Shown piece by piece: positions 23,946 to 33,474 of a stretch of 43,028 nucleotides of DNA. A model generated the notes under the pieces. The model saw only the letters and a program-made list of their open reading frames with translations, was not told where the DNA came from and searched no databases. The translations under genes were made by a program, and so were the position numbers. The stretch comes from a virus (lineage: Duplodnaviria > Caudoviricetes), in the IMG/VR virus record IMGVR_UViG_3300026541_000005, positions 1-43,028 of that record; one strand, given 5' to 3'. The number at the start of each line of letters is the position of its first letter. The stretch's first letter is position 1.

Positions 23946-24515
23946 TTACCTCACTGGAAAAAATTTAATGACTAGTCCTGATTGAACTACGTCATTAGTT
24001 GTTGTTGCTTCGCCCGTACATTTAATTGTATTTGCGCTTGTTAAATCTTCTGTTGCTGCTGTCACCTCTGAAAATACCACGCCATTAGTACCAAAACTTG
24101 TAACGATCTTTTGTGAGGAACTGCCATCTTTTATTATTGTTGTATCTGCACACCATTCTTTACCTTGGAAAGCAGTAGTTGTGCCAGTCAAGCTAAATAT
24201 TACCGTGGAACCTAGATAAATCTTTAAAGTTTTAGTATTGGTATTGTTCGCAAATACTCCGAATGTCCGTATCTCTAAGGTATCACCATCATTTTGCATG
24301 GTGTTCTTTTCTAGGAGAAACGTAATTAAATCATCCTCACCAGTTCCGACATTTCCAACCGCAGTTGTATCCGTTGTTAATAAACCACCAAGCGAGTATG
24401 GGCTTCCCGATCCGATCCTTTCCGTTAGCTCCGATATAAATCTCGACCAAGTTCTTGTTAATAACGACCCATTTAAAACAGGTTCTCGATAGTTAGGCGG
24501 TATTGCGTCAACCAT
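23946..24515 (-). CDS. Putative tail needle/virion protein
   Basis: Follows the gp10-like gene; PP..EP....LTR.W.RF N-terminus. Confidence 0.55.
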   Translation of the reverse strand: MVDAIPPNYREPVLNGSLLTRTWSRFISELTERIGSGSPYSLGGLLTTDTTAVGNVGTGEDDLITFLLEKNTMQNDGDTLEIRTFGVFANNTNTKTLKIYLGSTVIFSLTGTTTAFQGKEWCADTTIIKDGSSSQKIVTSFGTNGVVFSEVTAATEDLTSANTIKCTGEATTTNDVVQSGLVIKFFPVR

Positions 24516-25906
24516 TAATCAGGCTCATTTATAAATGCTGCAGCTATAACTACTTTTACAGGATCTGTAATTTTTAATTCATATACTCTTTGACGTGGAC
24601 GACCTAAACGTCTCCAAACAGCACGCGTTAAAAACTCGCCAATCTTGCCAATATTCCTGAACAATCCTCTTGATGCAAAAGTCTGCCCGCCGTCGTCTGA
24701 ATATCTCAACGCTACTTGTGGATTTTCCCCTTGCCCTGATACCGTGCCAGTCCCTGATTCAAAATCAACTTTTAAACTAGCATGCGTAATACGATTATCA
24801 TTTTCATAAACAGATGGTAATGTATTAATACGTTCTATTGTTACCCCATTATCCGTGAACTTGTTTAGATCTAACTCATAAATTATACCTAATTCAAAAT
24901 CACCGACTAGATTTTTGTCATATATGAATGTATGTGACGTTGCTCTCCAACGGCCTTCTTCAAAAGAACGCCTTTCATGCCACAAACCTGTTGCGATATC
25001 ATAAACCCATGTACGTGATTCCGTAGGGAATGTTAAGACTAAAAACTTATGACCATCTTGCGTATAAATAAATGCCTCAGCATCATCTACAGTTGTGTAT
25101 GTTTGTAGCTCTTGCTCGATAGCATGCGTTGATATTCTTTGTGGGCTATACCCGTTTGCTCTGTAAACCGTTCTATCTTCACCCAACCAAAAAATTGTGT
25201 TATCTTCTTGAGCGACTGAACGTTTTGCTGCACACCCTCTTTGCATTGAAGCACTTCTTCTAGCTAAAAAAGGGAAATCTCCTTGGGCTACTCCGTCCCA
25301 TACCTCAATGGTTTCCTCACCAAATAACCAAAGCTCACCAGCAAAGGCGAATACTCTGACAATTAAATCAGGCTTTTCTTCTGCACTAGCAATATCAGTT
25401 GCAGTATATGCACTCATATCATTCAAATTGGATATGATAAATTGTGTAGTATCTTTCTTACTAAATATTCCATAGAAGTTAAGAACTGTTACAGAACTAA
25501 CACTAGGAAAATCTGGATCTGTTATTTGTGTCAAAGATGTTGGTCGTGCATTATAAGCCGCACCGTCTTCTTTTACTATTGTGACATCTGTTCCGTTATC
25601 TGCCATAATAACAACATCCGATACAGTACCTATAGTTCCAAGGTCATTAGCTCCACCGAACTGATCTACTGTAAAAACGTTATCACCAGAAACTACATAC
25701 AAAAGCTCACTAAGTTTGTGCATTCCCCATATAGGACCGGTACCCACCATTGCAAATGTAGTTAAACCAGGTGTTGAATATAGTGCACCTTGCGTTTTTG
25801 TTTCCTCTCCCGCTGGCTCGTAATACAGATTAACGCAACGTTGGGCAGATATAGGCTTACTCTTCAGCTGGTAAAAATGTCTAGCCAAAGGTATTCTCAT
25901 TCCCAA
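24515..25906 (-). CDS. Packaged-DNA stabilization / tail hub protein (P22 gp10-like)
   Basis: AE..PD, LFGE.TIEVW, RISTHAIE, DGH.F.VLTFP..TWVYD, LRYSDDGG. Confidence 0.88.
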   Translation of the reverse strand: MGMRIPLARHFYQLKSKPISAQRCVNLYYEPAGEETKTQGALYSTPGLTTFAMVGTGPIWGMHKLSELLYVVSGDNVFTVDQFGGANDLGTIGTVSDVVIMADNGTDVTIVKEDGAAYNARPTSLTQITDPDFPSVSSVTVLNFYGIFSKKDTTQFIISNLNDMSAYTATDIASAEEKPDLIVRVFAFAGELWLFGEETIEVWDGVAQGDFPFLARRSASMQRGCAAKRSVAQEDNTIFWLGEDRTVYRANGYSPQRISTHAIEQELQTYTTVDDAEAFIYTQDGHKFLVLTFPTESRTWVYDIATGLWHERRSFEEGRWRATSHTFIYDKNLVGDFELGIIYELDLNKFTDNGVTIERINTLPSVYENDNRITHASLKVDFESGTGTVSGQGENPQVALRYSDDGGQTFASRGLFRNIGKIGEFLTRAVWRRLGRPRQRVYELKITDPVKVVIAAAFINEPD

Positions 25907-26886
25907 CCCTCCGCATCTTCGTCTGAAGGCATCATGTTTATACTTGCGTTTTCAACATCGAAGTTCTCAACTTCTTCTAGTAACTCAGTGGCATGCTGCT
26001 TTAACGTAACAAAATGTTGCGGATTCGTAGTAATAATGCTGTAATCGAACGCTACATCAACAGCTAGATTAAAGATAATAGCTCTTAACCATTCTTGCGG
26101 AAAGTCTAAGGTATTTGTCGTGGCATCTAAATCTTGCAATTGTCTTTGTGCTGAAAATAACAATCTGTCACTTACAGTATCAGCTACGGGCCAAATAAAT
26201 AAAGTGCCATTATCTAACTGAGGATCATAATAATATTGCGTTGGTTTACCTATACTCTCTTTAGTAGGAAGCGTTTTGTACGCATTCCTCGAAAGGCTAA
26301 CCATAGGGATTTCGTTATTATCTGCTAATTTTAAACGACCATCGTAGATGCGCAGAGGGCGTTGCGCTATCAATGTATAGTTATATACGTGATTATCTAC
26401 AGCAACATCGTCATTTAAAGTGGCTGTTAATGTCACTACGTTAGCAGCTGGCACCCCATTAACAGTTGTCCATTGCAAGGTTCCATCATCCAAAACAATG
26501 CCAATATTATCACCATTGGTAATATTAGCGTCATCATCTACCGTTATAGTAGAAGCTCCACTTAATGCAGCCGTAGCTATTTCTGTTTTAAAAGCATTAA
26601 AACTAGCTTCGTCACCAGTGGGACCAATATTATAAGATTGTACGTTCACCCCAACCTGATTACTTGCCACACTCTTTTCCATGAAAACCGTTAGCTCTTC
26701 ATAACGCCATAAATCAATACCTTTTGAAGGCCATGACTTCACGAGCAGATTTAAATCAACTAAAGCATCAGCCATTTGGTCAGCAGATGCTACTTCCCCC
26801 TCAGCTAATATGCCAAGCTTACGCAAGGCTGCGCTGATTATTTCTCCAGCTGTTCTAGTAAAATCGAATGATCCGCTCGTGGTCAT
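25897..26886 (-). CDS. Head-tail adaptor (P22 gp4-like) with inserted beta domain
   Basis: EII..ALRKLG, G.P.QYYYD, WP, FP.EW..AI..NLA. Confidence 0.75.
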   Translation of the reverse strand: MTTSGSFDFTRTAGEIISAALRKLGILAEGEVASADQMADALVDLNLLVKSWPSKGIDLWRYEELTVFMEKSVASNQVGVNVQSYNIGPTGDEASFNAFKTEIATAALSGASTITVDDDANITNGDNIGIVLDDGTLQWTTVNGVPAANVVTLTATLNDDVAVDNHVYNYTLIAQRPLRIYDGRLKLADNNEIPMVSLSRNAYKTLPTKESIGKPTQYYYDPQLDNGTLFIWPVADTVSDRLLFSAQRQLQDLDATTNTLDFPQEWLRAIIFNLAVDVAFDYSIITTNPQHFVTLKQHATELLEEVENFDVENASINMMPSDEDAEGWE

Positions 26887-26889
26887 GTA

Positions 26890-27033
26890 TTATTTCCTTT
26901 TACTTGGTTTAGCTTTTGGATTGGATCTACTGCTAGTTCCAGTTTTTTTAAGCTTCTTACCTGTCGCTATTTGCTTTTGAAGACGCATACCGCCTTTCTT
27001 TGTGCTTCCTTGCGGATATATACCTTTTGGCAT
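26890..27033 (-). CDS. 47 aa Lys-rich peptide, not in ORF track
   Basis: Hand-translated MPKGIYPQGSTKKGG...KPSKRK. Confidence 0.6.
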   Translation of the reverse strand: MPKGIYPQGSTKKGGMRLQKQIATGKKLKKTGTSSRSNPKAKPSKRK

Positions 27034-27034
27034 T

Positions 27035-27190
27035 TTAGTACCCCATGTTTTTAGGATTGTGACTAGAGCCTTTTTTGCTCATAGCTTTACCTTCTTTGTC
27101 AGCCTTTTTATTAGGCTCACGTATCATCGTCATAGAAGGTACTTTAATTTTCTTAACCGTTGAGGTATCTTTTATCTTATAGTTTTCCAT
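27035..27190 (-). CDS. 51 aa Lys-rich peptide, not in ORF track
   Basis: Hand-translated MENYKIKDTSTVKK...; AAGGAG RBS. Confidence 0.6.
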   Translation of the reverse strand: MENYKIKDTSTVKKIKVPSMTMIREPNKKADKEGKAMSKKGSSHNPKNMGY

Positions 27191-27202
27191 TGTAGTTCTC
27201 CT

Positions 27203-27454
27203 TTATAAAAATAAATCGTCAATCGTTATATCACCCACGCCTTTAAACACATCAACGCCTTCAGGACGTGGATCTGGTACACTTTGGTTGTCTGGATACA
27301 TCCGTATCTTATCTTGTGGTTGGCGTGATTCCCAATCCTGCTTACGAACCCTTAAGCCGTTCCACTCTTTACGAGTCTCACTAGCCTTGACTTTGAAACC
27401 TGTTCTGTCACAAATTTGATTAAAAGATCCGCGTTTCAGATAGTTTGCACCCAT
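27203..27454 (-). CDS. Conserved phage head-region protein
   Basis: ICDRTGFK.K......EWNGL.V....WE.RQPQD. Confidence 0.75.
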   Translation of the reverse strand: MGANYLKRGSFNQICDRTGFKVKASETRKEWNGLRVRKQDWESRQPQDKIRMYPDNQSVPDPRPEGVDVFKGVGDITIDDLFL

Positions 27455-27463
27455 AACAACCTC

Positions 27464-27853
27464 CTAGAATTTCTTCCGCCACTTAGTTACAATATCGTAT
27501 GATGAACCTGAAGCCCCACCCGATGTAGTCAATAAGATGTCACCCGTTTCACCTGTTCCAGTGTCGTGGTTTCCACCCATGATATCGTAACTTATGCTTA
27601 CATCACCTGATAAAACATCAATACAAACATCCGTTGTATGATCCCAAAGAAGCTCAGCAAAATCAAAGCCAGACACATTGCCCGCAACATCAATAAGCGA
27701 TAAACTTACAGGAGTTCTTCCATCTGATGTTAACGTGCTAATATCAATCTTTGTTACTGCGGTTTCGCCTGTTCCATCTGATTTATTAGTAAAGTGGAAG
27801 TAAACGTGTTTAGCTCCCTCAAATAATTTTACAACTGCTACTGTATCAGCCAT
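27464..27853 (-). CDS. Putative virion structural protein
   Basis: Beta-rich, TN.SDGTGE and TGDILLTT motifs. Confidence 0.65.
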   Translation of the reverse strand: MADTVAVVKLFEGAKHVYFHFTNKSDGTGETAVTKIDISTLTSDGRTPVSLSLIDVAGNVSGFDFAELLWDHTTDVCIDVLSGDVSISYDIMGGNHDTGTGETGDILLTTSGGASGSSYDIVTKWRKKF

Positions 27854-27886
27854 TTTTATTCTCCATAATTATTAGAATCTTTTATC

Positions 27887-28459
27887 TTAAAGAGCGGTTC
27901 TCATATATTCAAGAACACTCTCTAGCTCACTTATTGTTGCGTCACCTTTTAGCCTGTTAGCTTTGTAGCTAATAACAGCTACATTACCTTTTATATAACC
28001 TTTCGAGTTATCTATTCTATCTAAAGATGGGCTTGCATCTTTTGGTTGCCCCTTCGCAGCTCCCTCTATTTTTATTCTCAAGGCTGGGCATCTATCTGGA
28101 ATAACTATATCACTTAACTCTAAATTAAACTCCAACCCAAGTCCCTTAGCTCTGTATTTCGCGTTTCTTAAAATACTTCGTTCAGGATTCGCCCTATTCC
28201 AATTTCTTTTATAATCTAATTTCTTTTGCTGATTATTATAATACCACTTCCTGTCCGCCTCTCGGCATTTGTCTCTATTATTCTCTATCCATGCAATACG
28301 AGTTTCCCTATACTCGGAGGATTTTGCAGCCCTCTCCCGCTTCTTTCTGGTATTATAACAAATCTTACAATATCCATAACAACCTGATTTGCGGTCTGAC
28401 CTCTTTGGAAATTCCTCAAAGTCTTTTTCTTCTTTACATATGTTGCAAACTTTACCCAT
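27887..28459 (-). CDS. HNH-like free-standing homing endonuclease (start revised to MGKVCNIC)
   Basis: C..C...K...EF....CK.C zinc module; PSLDRIDNSKGYIKGNV.VIS..AN.LK nuclease motif; GAGGAG RBS 8 nt before ATG 28459. Confidence 0.85.
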   Translation of the reverse strand: MGKVCNICKEEKDFEEFPKRSDRKSGCYGYCKICYNTRKKRERAAKSSEYRETRIAWIENNRDKCREADRKWYYNNQQKKLDYKRNWNRANPERSILRNAKYRAKGLGLEFNLELSDIVIPDRCPALRIKIEGAAKGQPKDASPSLDRIDNSKGYIKGNVAVISYKANRLKGDATISELESVLEYMRTAL

Positions 28460-28462
28460 AAA

Positions 28463-28521
28463 ATATACTCCTCTTGGTTTATCACTAAGAGGAGTATATA
28501 CCAATAATCTTGGTGGAACAA
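28463..28521 (-). promoter_or_regulatory. RBS-sequestering hairpin with overlapping promoter for the HNH gene
   Basis: 13-bp perfect inverted repeat 28463-75/28487-99; TTGTTC-17-TATACT with the -10 inside the 5' arm. Confidence 0.7.
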
Positions 28522-28534
28522 TAGGAATTTATAC

Positions 28535-29485
28535 CTAATCGTCCGCGGATGCCGCACCGATTATCCCGCCTGTAGCCGCACTTGAAATATCTTCATTGTA
28601 GAAATTTTGGAACAACATACAAGTATCTGCAACAACAGATGCCGCCTTTGTTGTTAAATTACATACAATATAGTTATCGCTAATCGTACCCGTAGAGCCT
28701 GTAAGCAATTCAATACCTGGCTGCACACCTATCGCTGCTGAGTTGCCGTTGATCAACAGGTTGTTATTGATATCAAGCTTGGTTGATAAGGTAGTGATCC
28801 CATTTATATTTGCTGTAGAGTAATCACCCTCTATACGGTTATAACGCACTGTAGTTGCGTCTGTATCTTCGGTGAAAGAAATAGCTGCAACCGCACCACC
28901 TAACCCCATATCGATGTCGTTATACTCAATCAAAGCATTATTGGATGCGTCATTTGTACGGATAGTCACCAAGAACTCATCAGTTGTAGTCGTCACAACG
29001 TCAAACTTACAGCCACGGACGGTGCAGAAATCTGCGCCATCTTCGATCTCAATACCAACTAACACTGCGGTTACATCAGCGCGATGCCTGATTCCCTGCC
29101 AAGTTACATTATCAGCAGTAATAGATACTTCTGCTGCTGCAAGATTATGTGAGATTGTAGGCATTGAAGCACCAGTGCCTAAACCAATAACCGACACACC
29201 ATCAACATCAAGTGTGATATCTGTGCCTGTGATTATCTCGGTATAACCAGGGCGAACATAAATAGTGTCACCACGACCCGATGCACATTGCCCTATAGCA
29301 AAGTCAATTGTTGCAAATGGTGCAAGGAATGTTCCCTTGTTTCCATTAGACGCACCTTTCTCACCAACGAGCGAAGTAGCGTTATTTCCGACGTAAAAGT
29401 TTTTTCCTGTAGTAGTATCAGGTGTTTGTAATTCACGAATCGTAACCCCTGAATCAAACCCATTAGGGTAATTTGATAAAGTCAT
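28535..29485 (-). CDS. Parallel beta-helix (pectin lyase-like) head-associated protein
   Basis: N.GT...PFATID.AI, GDTIYVRPG and Asn/Ile-rich repeats; follows the capsid gene. Confidence 0.7.
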   Translation of the reverse strand: MTLSNYPNGFDSGVTIRELQTPDTTTGKNFYVGNNATSLVGEKGASNGNKGTFLAPFATIDFAIGQCASGRGDTIYVRPGYTEIITGTDITLDVDGVSVIGLGTGASMPTISHNLAAAEVSITADNVTWQGIRHRADVTAVLVGIEIEDGADFCTVRGCKFDVVTTTTDEFLVTIRTNDASNNALIEYNDIDMGLGGAVAAISFTEDTDATTVRYNRIEGDYSTANINGITTLSTKLDINNNLLINGNSAAIGVQPGIELLTGSTGTISDNYIVCNLTTKAASVVADTCMLFQNFYNEDISSAATGGIIGAASADD

Positions 29486-29554
29486 TTTTAGTCCTCCTAT
29501 GAACTCATATTGAGCCGTGTTCGGAAGGGCTTCCCCCTCATAGTTCGGCAGTTA

Positions 29555-29586
29555 AATCTCACTGCGCAATTTTGCGCAGTGAGATT
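29555..29586 (-). terminator. Perfect hairpin immediately after the major capsid gene
   Basis: AATCTCACTGCGCAA/TTGCGCAGTGAGATT. Confidence 0.7.
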
Positions 29587-29593
29587 ATATTAG

Positions 29594-30508
29594 TTAAGCA
29601 CCTGGGCTTCCGTAGACTGATCTCCAGTCGTCCCATTGGAATACTTCACGAAAGAATATTTTGTACTTTTCGTTATCAGTATCAAAATCATTATCTTTCG
29701 AGAATTCTAAAGGCGCGCGCTTCTGGTAAATTAAACCTTCAGCAGCAGAACCATTAGTTCTTATGAAGAATGCATCGGCATCAGTTAGGAACGGATTAGT
29801 CACAAATCCTTTAGGGAATATGGTCATATTACGTACTGCATTGATGTCGTTGTTTGCAGTATCAGTCTGCAATTGAGATTTAAGCAGACGCTCAAACTCA
29901 AATATTAGATCAGGCGTACCAAACAATAGATCAGAAGTTAAAGAGATTTGGTTTCCCGCATCGTCTTTTGCTTTCCTGATTTGGATGCTTAGATCTTCAA
30001 CTGAAGCTTCAGAGAAATCAGCAGAAACTGCTAGCTCATTCGACTGGTTACCTGAAATAGTTGGATGATCCGTTGCTAAAAGCTCTTTACCATCACCACC
30101 TATTGCAGATGTAAAGCCATTGTTAAACACGTTAGCTGCAAGCGTCTCAGTTGTTTGATACGCTGCCAAGCCAAGAGCATAGATACCACGCTTCATTACA
30201 TCGAAGTAACGGTCATCGTCTCTTGCCTCACGTGAGATAATGAAACCTTTTGAGTAAGATACGTTTGTAAGACGAGTTGTAAAACCTTGCGCAATAGAAT
30301 CGAAAGTAGTTGCACTTCCTTCTGGTTTCGCAGGCGTAAGACCCATATTATTAATTTGTACGTACTCTTCATAGTTTCTTTCAGAATTAACTACATTAAA
30401 TATTTCTTCGCAATACTTAGGTAGTTTTTCATAATTGCCCCAATATGTTTTAACACCAGGACGTGTAGCCTTAGGGATTGTACCCCTTATAATAACACCA
30501 CTAGACAT
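29594..30508 (-). CDS. Major capsid protein
   Basis: K.EG....FD, GFIISREA..DD, ET.AANVFN.GF...GGDG..L....HP, D.DFDT.N; synteny after scaffold and decoration genes. Confidence 0.85.
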   Translation of the reverse strand: MSSGVIIRGTIPKATRPGVKTYWGNYEKLPKYCEEIFNVVNSERNYEEYVQINNMGLTPAKPEGSATTFDSIAQGFTTRLTNVSYSKGFIISREARDDDRYFDVMKRGIYALGLAAYQTTETLAANVFNNGFTSAIGGDGKELLATDHPTISGNQSNELAVSADFSEASVEDLSIQIRKAKDDAGNQISLTSDLLFGTPDLIFEFERLLKSQLQTDTANNDINAVRNMTIFPKGFVTNPFLTDADAFFIRTNGSAAEGLIYQKRAPLEFSKDNDFDTDNEKYKIFFREVFQWDDWRSVYGSPGA

Positions 30509-30523
30509 TACTAATCTCCTTTA

Positions 30524-31126
30524 TTAAATACCGATCACGCCAGTGACTTCAGTATGTTGGTTAATTTTAACTTCCCAAACAGCATTATTACCTAATTCAT
30601 TATCAAGAACAGGATGTAATCGTTGGATGGTCAGTTGGTTACTTGCATCAGCCGATGGAGTAGTAGCATCTAGTTCCACGCCTGAAAGACCTGTAGTAGT
30701 TGAACCACTTGTTGCGAATACTAGGTTGGCATTTAAACCAACACTTGTTGCATCTAGTACAGCACTCGCATCATCTTGAATACGAAATACTAGATCAGGA
30801 TCATCAGCCACTTGCACAATACGTTGTGTAGAAGCAGGATTAAATGCCTTTTCTAGTTGATCGGATTCAACACCGAAACCAACAATCACGCCCGTCAGTG
30901 AATTACCATCACCAGCAGTTGCTTTGTTGATTTCTGGAAGTGTTCCAGCTTGCATGCCTTCCACCTCAGCAGTGTTAGACGTACCAGTTTTTATTACTGG
31001 GTCTCCTATGAACAACGCAACTGCGTAACTCGCAGGTACGAAATACAAGTTGACAGCACCATTATATGGCGCGCCGCTTTTATGCCTCATTGGTGTCAAA
31101 CCAGAAGGCGCATCAATATTAGCCAT
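30524..31126 (-). CDS. Putative capsid decoration/cement protein
   Basis: MAN.DAP.GL.P, FIGDPV, V.DDPD.VF.IQ; position before MCP. Confidence 0.7.
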   Translation of the reverse strand: MANIDAPSGLTPMRHKSGAPYNGAVNLYFVPASYAVALFIGDPVIKTGTSNTAEVEGMQAGTLPEINKATAGDGNSLTGVIVGFGVESDQLEKAFNPASTQRIVQVADDPDLVFRIQDDASAVLDATSVGLNANLVFATSGSTTTGLSGVELDATTPSADASNQLTIQRLHPVLDNELGNNAVWEVKINQHTEVTGVIGI

Positions 31127-31137
31127 TTTATGACTCC

Positions 31138-31695
31138 TTATTTTTTAATTATAGAACTGTTAATATTTACACCTTCAGTAGGTGTGTACATTGCAAGATC
31201 TTGTGACGCTCGCGTATATTGAGCATCATCAACCTTACCCTCCTTAAGAAATTTCTCCTTACGAATGTCTGCCTCACGTTTCTTGAGTTGGTCTTCATTA
31301 TACCAATCAAGTCTTTTTTCCATCAAAACCATCCGACGAATTGAACCGTCACGATTAGTGCCACTAACAATAGGTTTAACGCTTTCCACCTTATCCCAAT
31401 CATTGCCGTATGCACTTGATACACGACCGCCTTCATCTCTAAACCAACGCCTATGATAACCCTTTCTTTGGAACTCAGGGCGGTTCAATTTAGCCTCCCC
31501 TTTACCTAATAAAGCACCTCCACGACGTGATCTACGTTCGGTTCTAGCTTCTTTGGCTGCTTGCTTCTGCTCATCAGTTGGTGCTAATGCACTCTCTGCT
31601 GAACCTAAAACAAGACTTTCTAACTCGTCTTTTTTTTTGCCATGAGATTTTATACCCATTTTTTTGGCTTCTTGTACTAACTCTCTGTATTCCAT
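31138..31695 (-). CDS. Conserved head-module protein
   Basis: GY..RW..D..GR......W..V; LM motif. Confidence 0.7.
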   Translation of the reverse strand: MEYRELVQEAKKMGIKSHGKKKDELESLVLGSAESALAPTDEQKQAAKEARTERRSRRGGALLGKGEAKLNRPEFQRKGYHRRWFRDEGGRVSSAYGNDWDKVESVKPIVSGTNRDGSIRRMVLMEKRLDWYNEDQLKKREADIRKEKFLKEGKVDDAQYTRASQDLAMYTPTEGVNINSSIIKK

Positions 31696-32555
31696 TATAA
31701 ATTCTCCATCTCAGAATATTCTTTTAAAAATTGTTCTTGCGTCCAACCGAAATTCTTCATTTGTCCCCTTGCTAGTCTCTGCTCAGAGGTTGATAAGTTT
31801 TTCCACTGCATGCCTTTAGGTTTACTCCCTGAAGGTGCTGCGCCCTTTCCAACTGGTGCATTTCCTTTTCTGCGTGGGTTTTCAAACTTCTGAGGAAACG
31901 TTTCAACGATATATTTCTTCGTTGCCTCTAGTTGTTCGGGTATCGACATGCCTTGTTGAGCCATCTGGTTGCTATAACGATTTGCGTAATCAGTAAGAAG
32001 TGGATCTGTGCCATACCATGAGTTTTGCTGTCTGAAAGCTGTTGTTTCTGGAGGCTCTACATATGAAGGCTCTTGAGGCTTTGGCTTTTTAGGCTCTTCA
32101 ACTTTTAAATCCTCATTAACTTTAACCTTCTTATCTTCCAGCTGGTCATAAAGTTCATCATTTTCGTTCTCTAAAGCTTCTTTTTGTTGAGACTTGATCC
32201 TACTAAGAGCTTCAGATCTTTGTTGCTCAGCTATTTTATTATTAAGCTTTTCAAAACGTTCAAACGCATCTGCTTGCTCTTTGAGCTTCTGCTCTTGCGC
32301 ATTCACTCTTTCAACCAACCTTTTGTTACGCTCATTAACAACAGGAAGTATTTCTTTTCCTCTGTTTACAAACGTTTCAGCATCAACCCATTGCTTCTCA
32401 GCACCGCGCCAATTTTCTTTTGGACTCCAACCTAAAGCTTTCGCTTCAGCATCAAAATCAGTTTCTTGAATATTCTCAGATTGAGAATCTGCCTCACCTT
32501 CTTCAAGATGTGCGTCATTATTCACGTCTTCCAACGCGTTATCTTCCTCTAACAT
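31695..32555 (-). CDS. Scaffolding protein
   Basis: Acidic N-terminus, A...GW.PKE.W.G....WVDA.TF, coiled coil, N.WYG.D. Confidence 0.75.
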   Translation of the reverse strand: MLEEDNALEDVNNDAHLEEGEADSQSENIQETDFDAEAKALGWSPKENWRGAEKQWVDAETFVNRGKEILPVVNERNKRLVERVNAQEQKLKEQADAFERFEKLNNKIAEQQRSEALSRIKSQQKEALENENDELYDQLEDKKVKVNEDLKVEEPKKPKPQEPSYVEPPETTAFRQQNSWYGTDPLLTDYANRYSNQMAQQGMSIPEQLEATKKYIVETFPQKFENPRRKGNAPVGKGAAPSGSKPKGMQWKNLSTSEQRLARGQMKNFGWTQEQFLKEYSEMENL

Positions 32556-32565
32556 TTTCTACCTC

Positions 32566-32901
32566 TTAGAAATTAATAAAACAATTAATATCACCTTCAC
32601 GAATGATTCTATATTCAACACCATCAACACCTTTAAAAAAATCTCCAGCGTGACGTTGCATAAATATTCTTTCGCCTATCTCAGGCTTATCATCACTGTT
32701 AAGATCAAGATATGCATTAGGTGATATATCAACGATAACCGCTCTTGTTTGAGCCGCTTCCTCCATACGTTTCTCTTTTGCTGTCTCAGCCTTTAGTAAT
32801 CTAAAGCCACTATCTGTCTCGTGATAGTCCTTCACCTCATCTGGTAAAACCAGAAGTTGGTCGTCAATCAGGCGTACCCCCTGTTTGTTGTAGTTCTTCA
32901 T
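32566..32901 (-). CDS. GroES-like co-chaperonin (start revised to MKNYNKQG)
   Basis: D..LV.P...T.SG..L......E....A.IV.I.P.A...GERI...R.AG......DG.EYRII...DI. Confidence 0.75.
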   Translation of the reverse strand: MKNYNKQGVRLIDDQLLVLPDEVKDYHETDSGFRLLKAETAKEKRMEEAAQTRAVIVDISPNAYLDLNSDDKPEIGERIFMQRHAGDFFKGVDGVEYRIIREGDINCFINF

Positions 32902-33148
32902 CTTCTTCCTCTGTCTCAATGTGATAGAAATCAGCCACCTGATCGAAATCAATGGTAGCAATCTCATTTAAAGCAGAACACATACCAAATGTTTGCGCCT
33001 GCGCTCTAGCCACTGCGTCCGATGGTGAATCACCAAAGTTTTCAGTCGCTAAATTCTGTGCTAACTCTTTTGAATAATCCTCCAGATATTTAAACACCTC
33101 TTGTGTTACTGGGTGATTCTTCCAACCGTCTAAATCTTCTTTGTTCAT
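32864..33148 (-). CDS. Conserved small head-module protein
   Basis: W..HPVTQ.VF motif. Confidence 0.7.
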   Translation of the reverse strand: MNKEDLDGWKNHPVTQEVFKYLEDYSKELAQNLATENFGDSPSDAVARAQAQTFGMCSALNEIATIDFDQVADFYHIETEEEDEELQQTGGTPD

Positions 33149-33273
33149 TTCTTTTTTCTCTTTACTTTCTCTGGTAATTTCTTGCCTTTAAGGGTTTTTG
33201 ACTCATATTCCTTAGCAAGTTTAGGTTTCGTTGCATGCAGGAATCTACGTTGTGCCTTTGATTTCATCGGCAT
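33145..33273 (-). CDS. 42 aa basic peptide (MPMKSKAQRRFLHA...), not in ORF track
   Basis: Hand-translated; MP.KS.AQRR pattern common in phage head modules. Confidence 0.7.
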   Translation of the reverse strand: MPMKSKAQRRFLHATKPKLAKEYESKTLKGKKLPEKVKRKKK

Positions 33274-33283
33274 TACAAACCCC

Positions 33284-33460
33284 TTAATATTTATCGTTGA
33301 TTAATATAATATTACTTTGTGGTAATAAGTTTGCATTGTAGTTATTGATTGCTACTGCTATCACAGCAAAGACAATAAGACATGCGAGTCCAGAGAATAT
33401 CTTCTTAAAAGGTATAGCTCTTATAATAAACATCCACACAAACATGACAATTACACTCAT
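33284..33460 (-). CDS. 58 aa membrane peptide, not in ORF track
   Basis: Hand-translated; AAGGAG upstream; hydrophobic. Confidence 0.45.
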   Translation of the reverse strand: MSVIVMFVWMFIIRAIPFKKIFSGLACLIVFAVIAVAINNYNANLLPQSNIILINDKY

Positions 33461-33474
33461 ATATCTAATACTCC

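Noticed and set aside
27887-28535. HNH gene inside a group I intron
   Set aside because: Flanking genes are intact with their own starts and stops, and the gaps are too short for a ribozyme core
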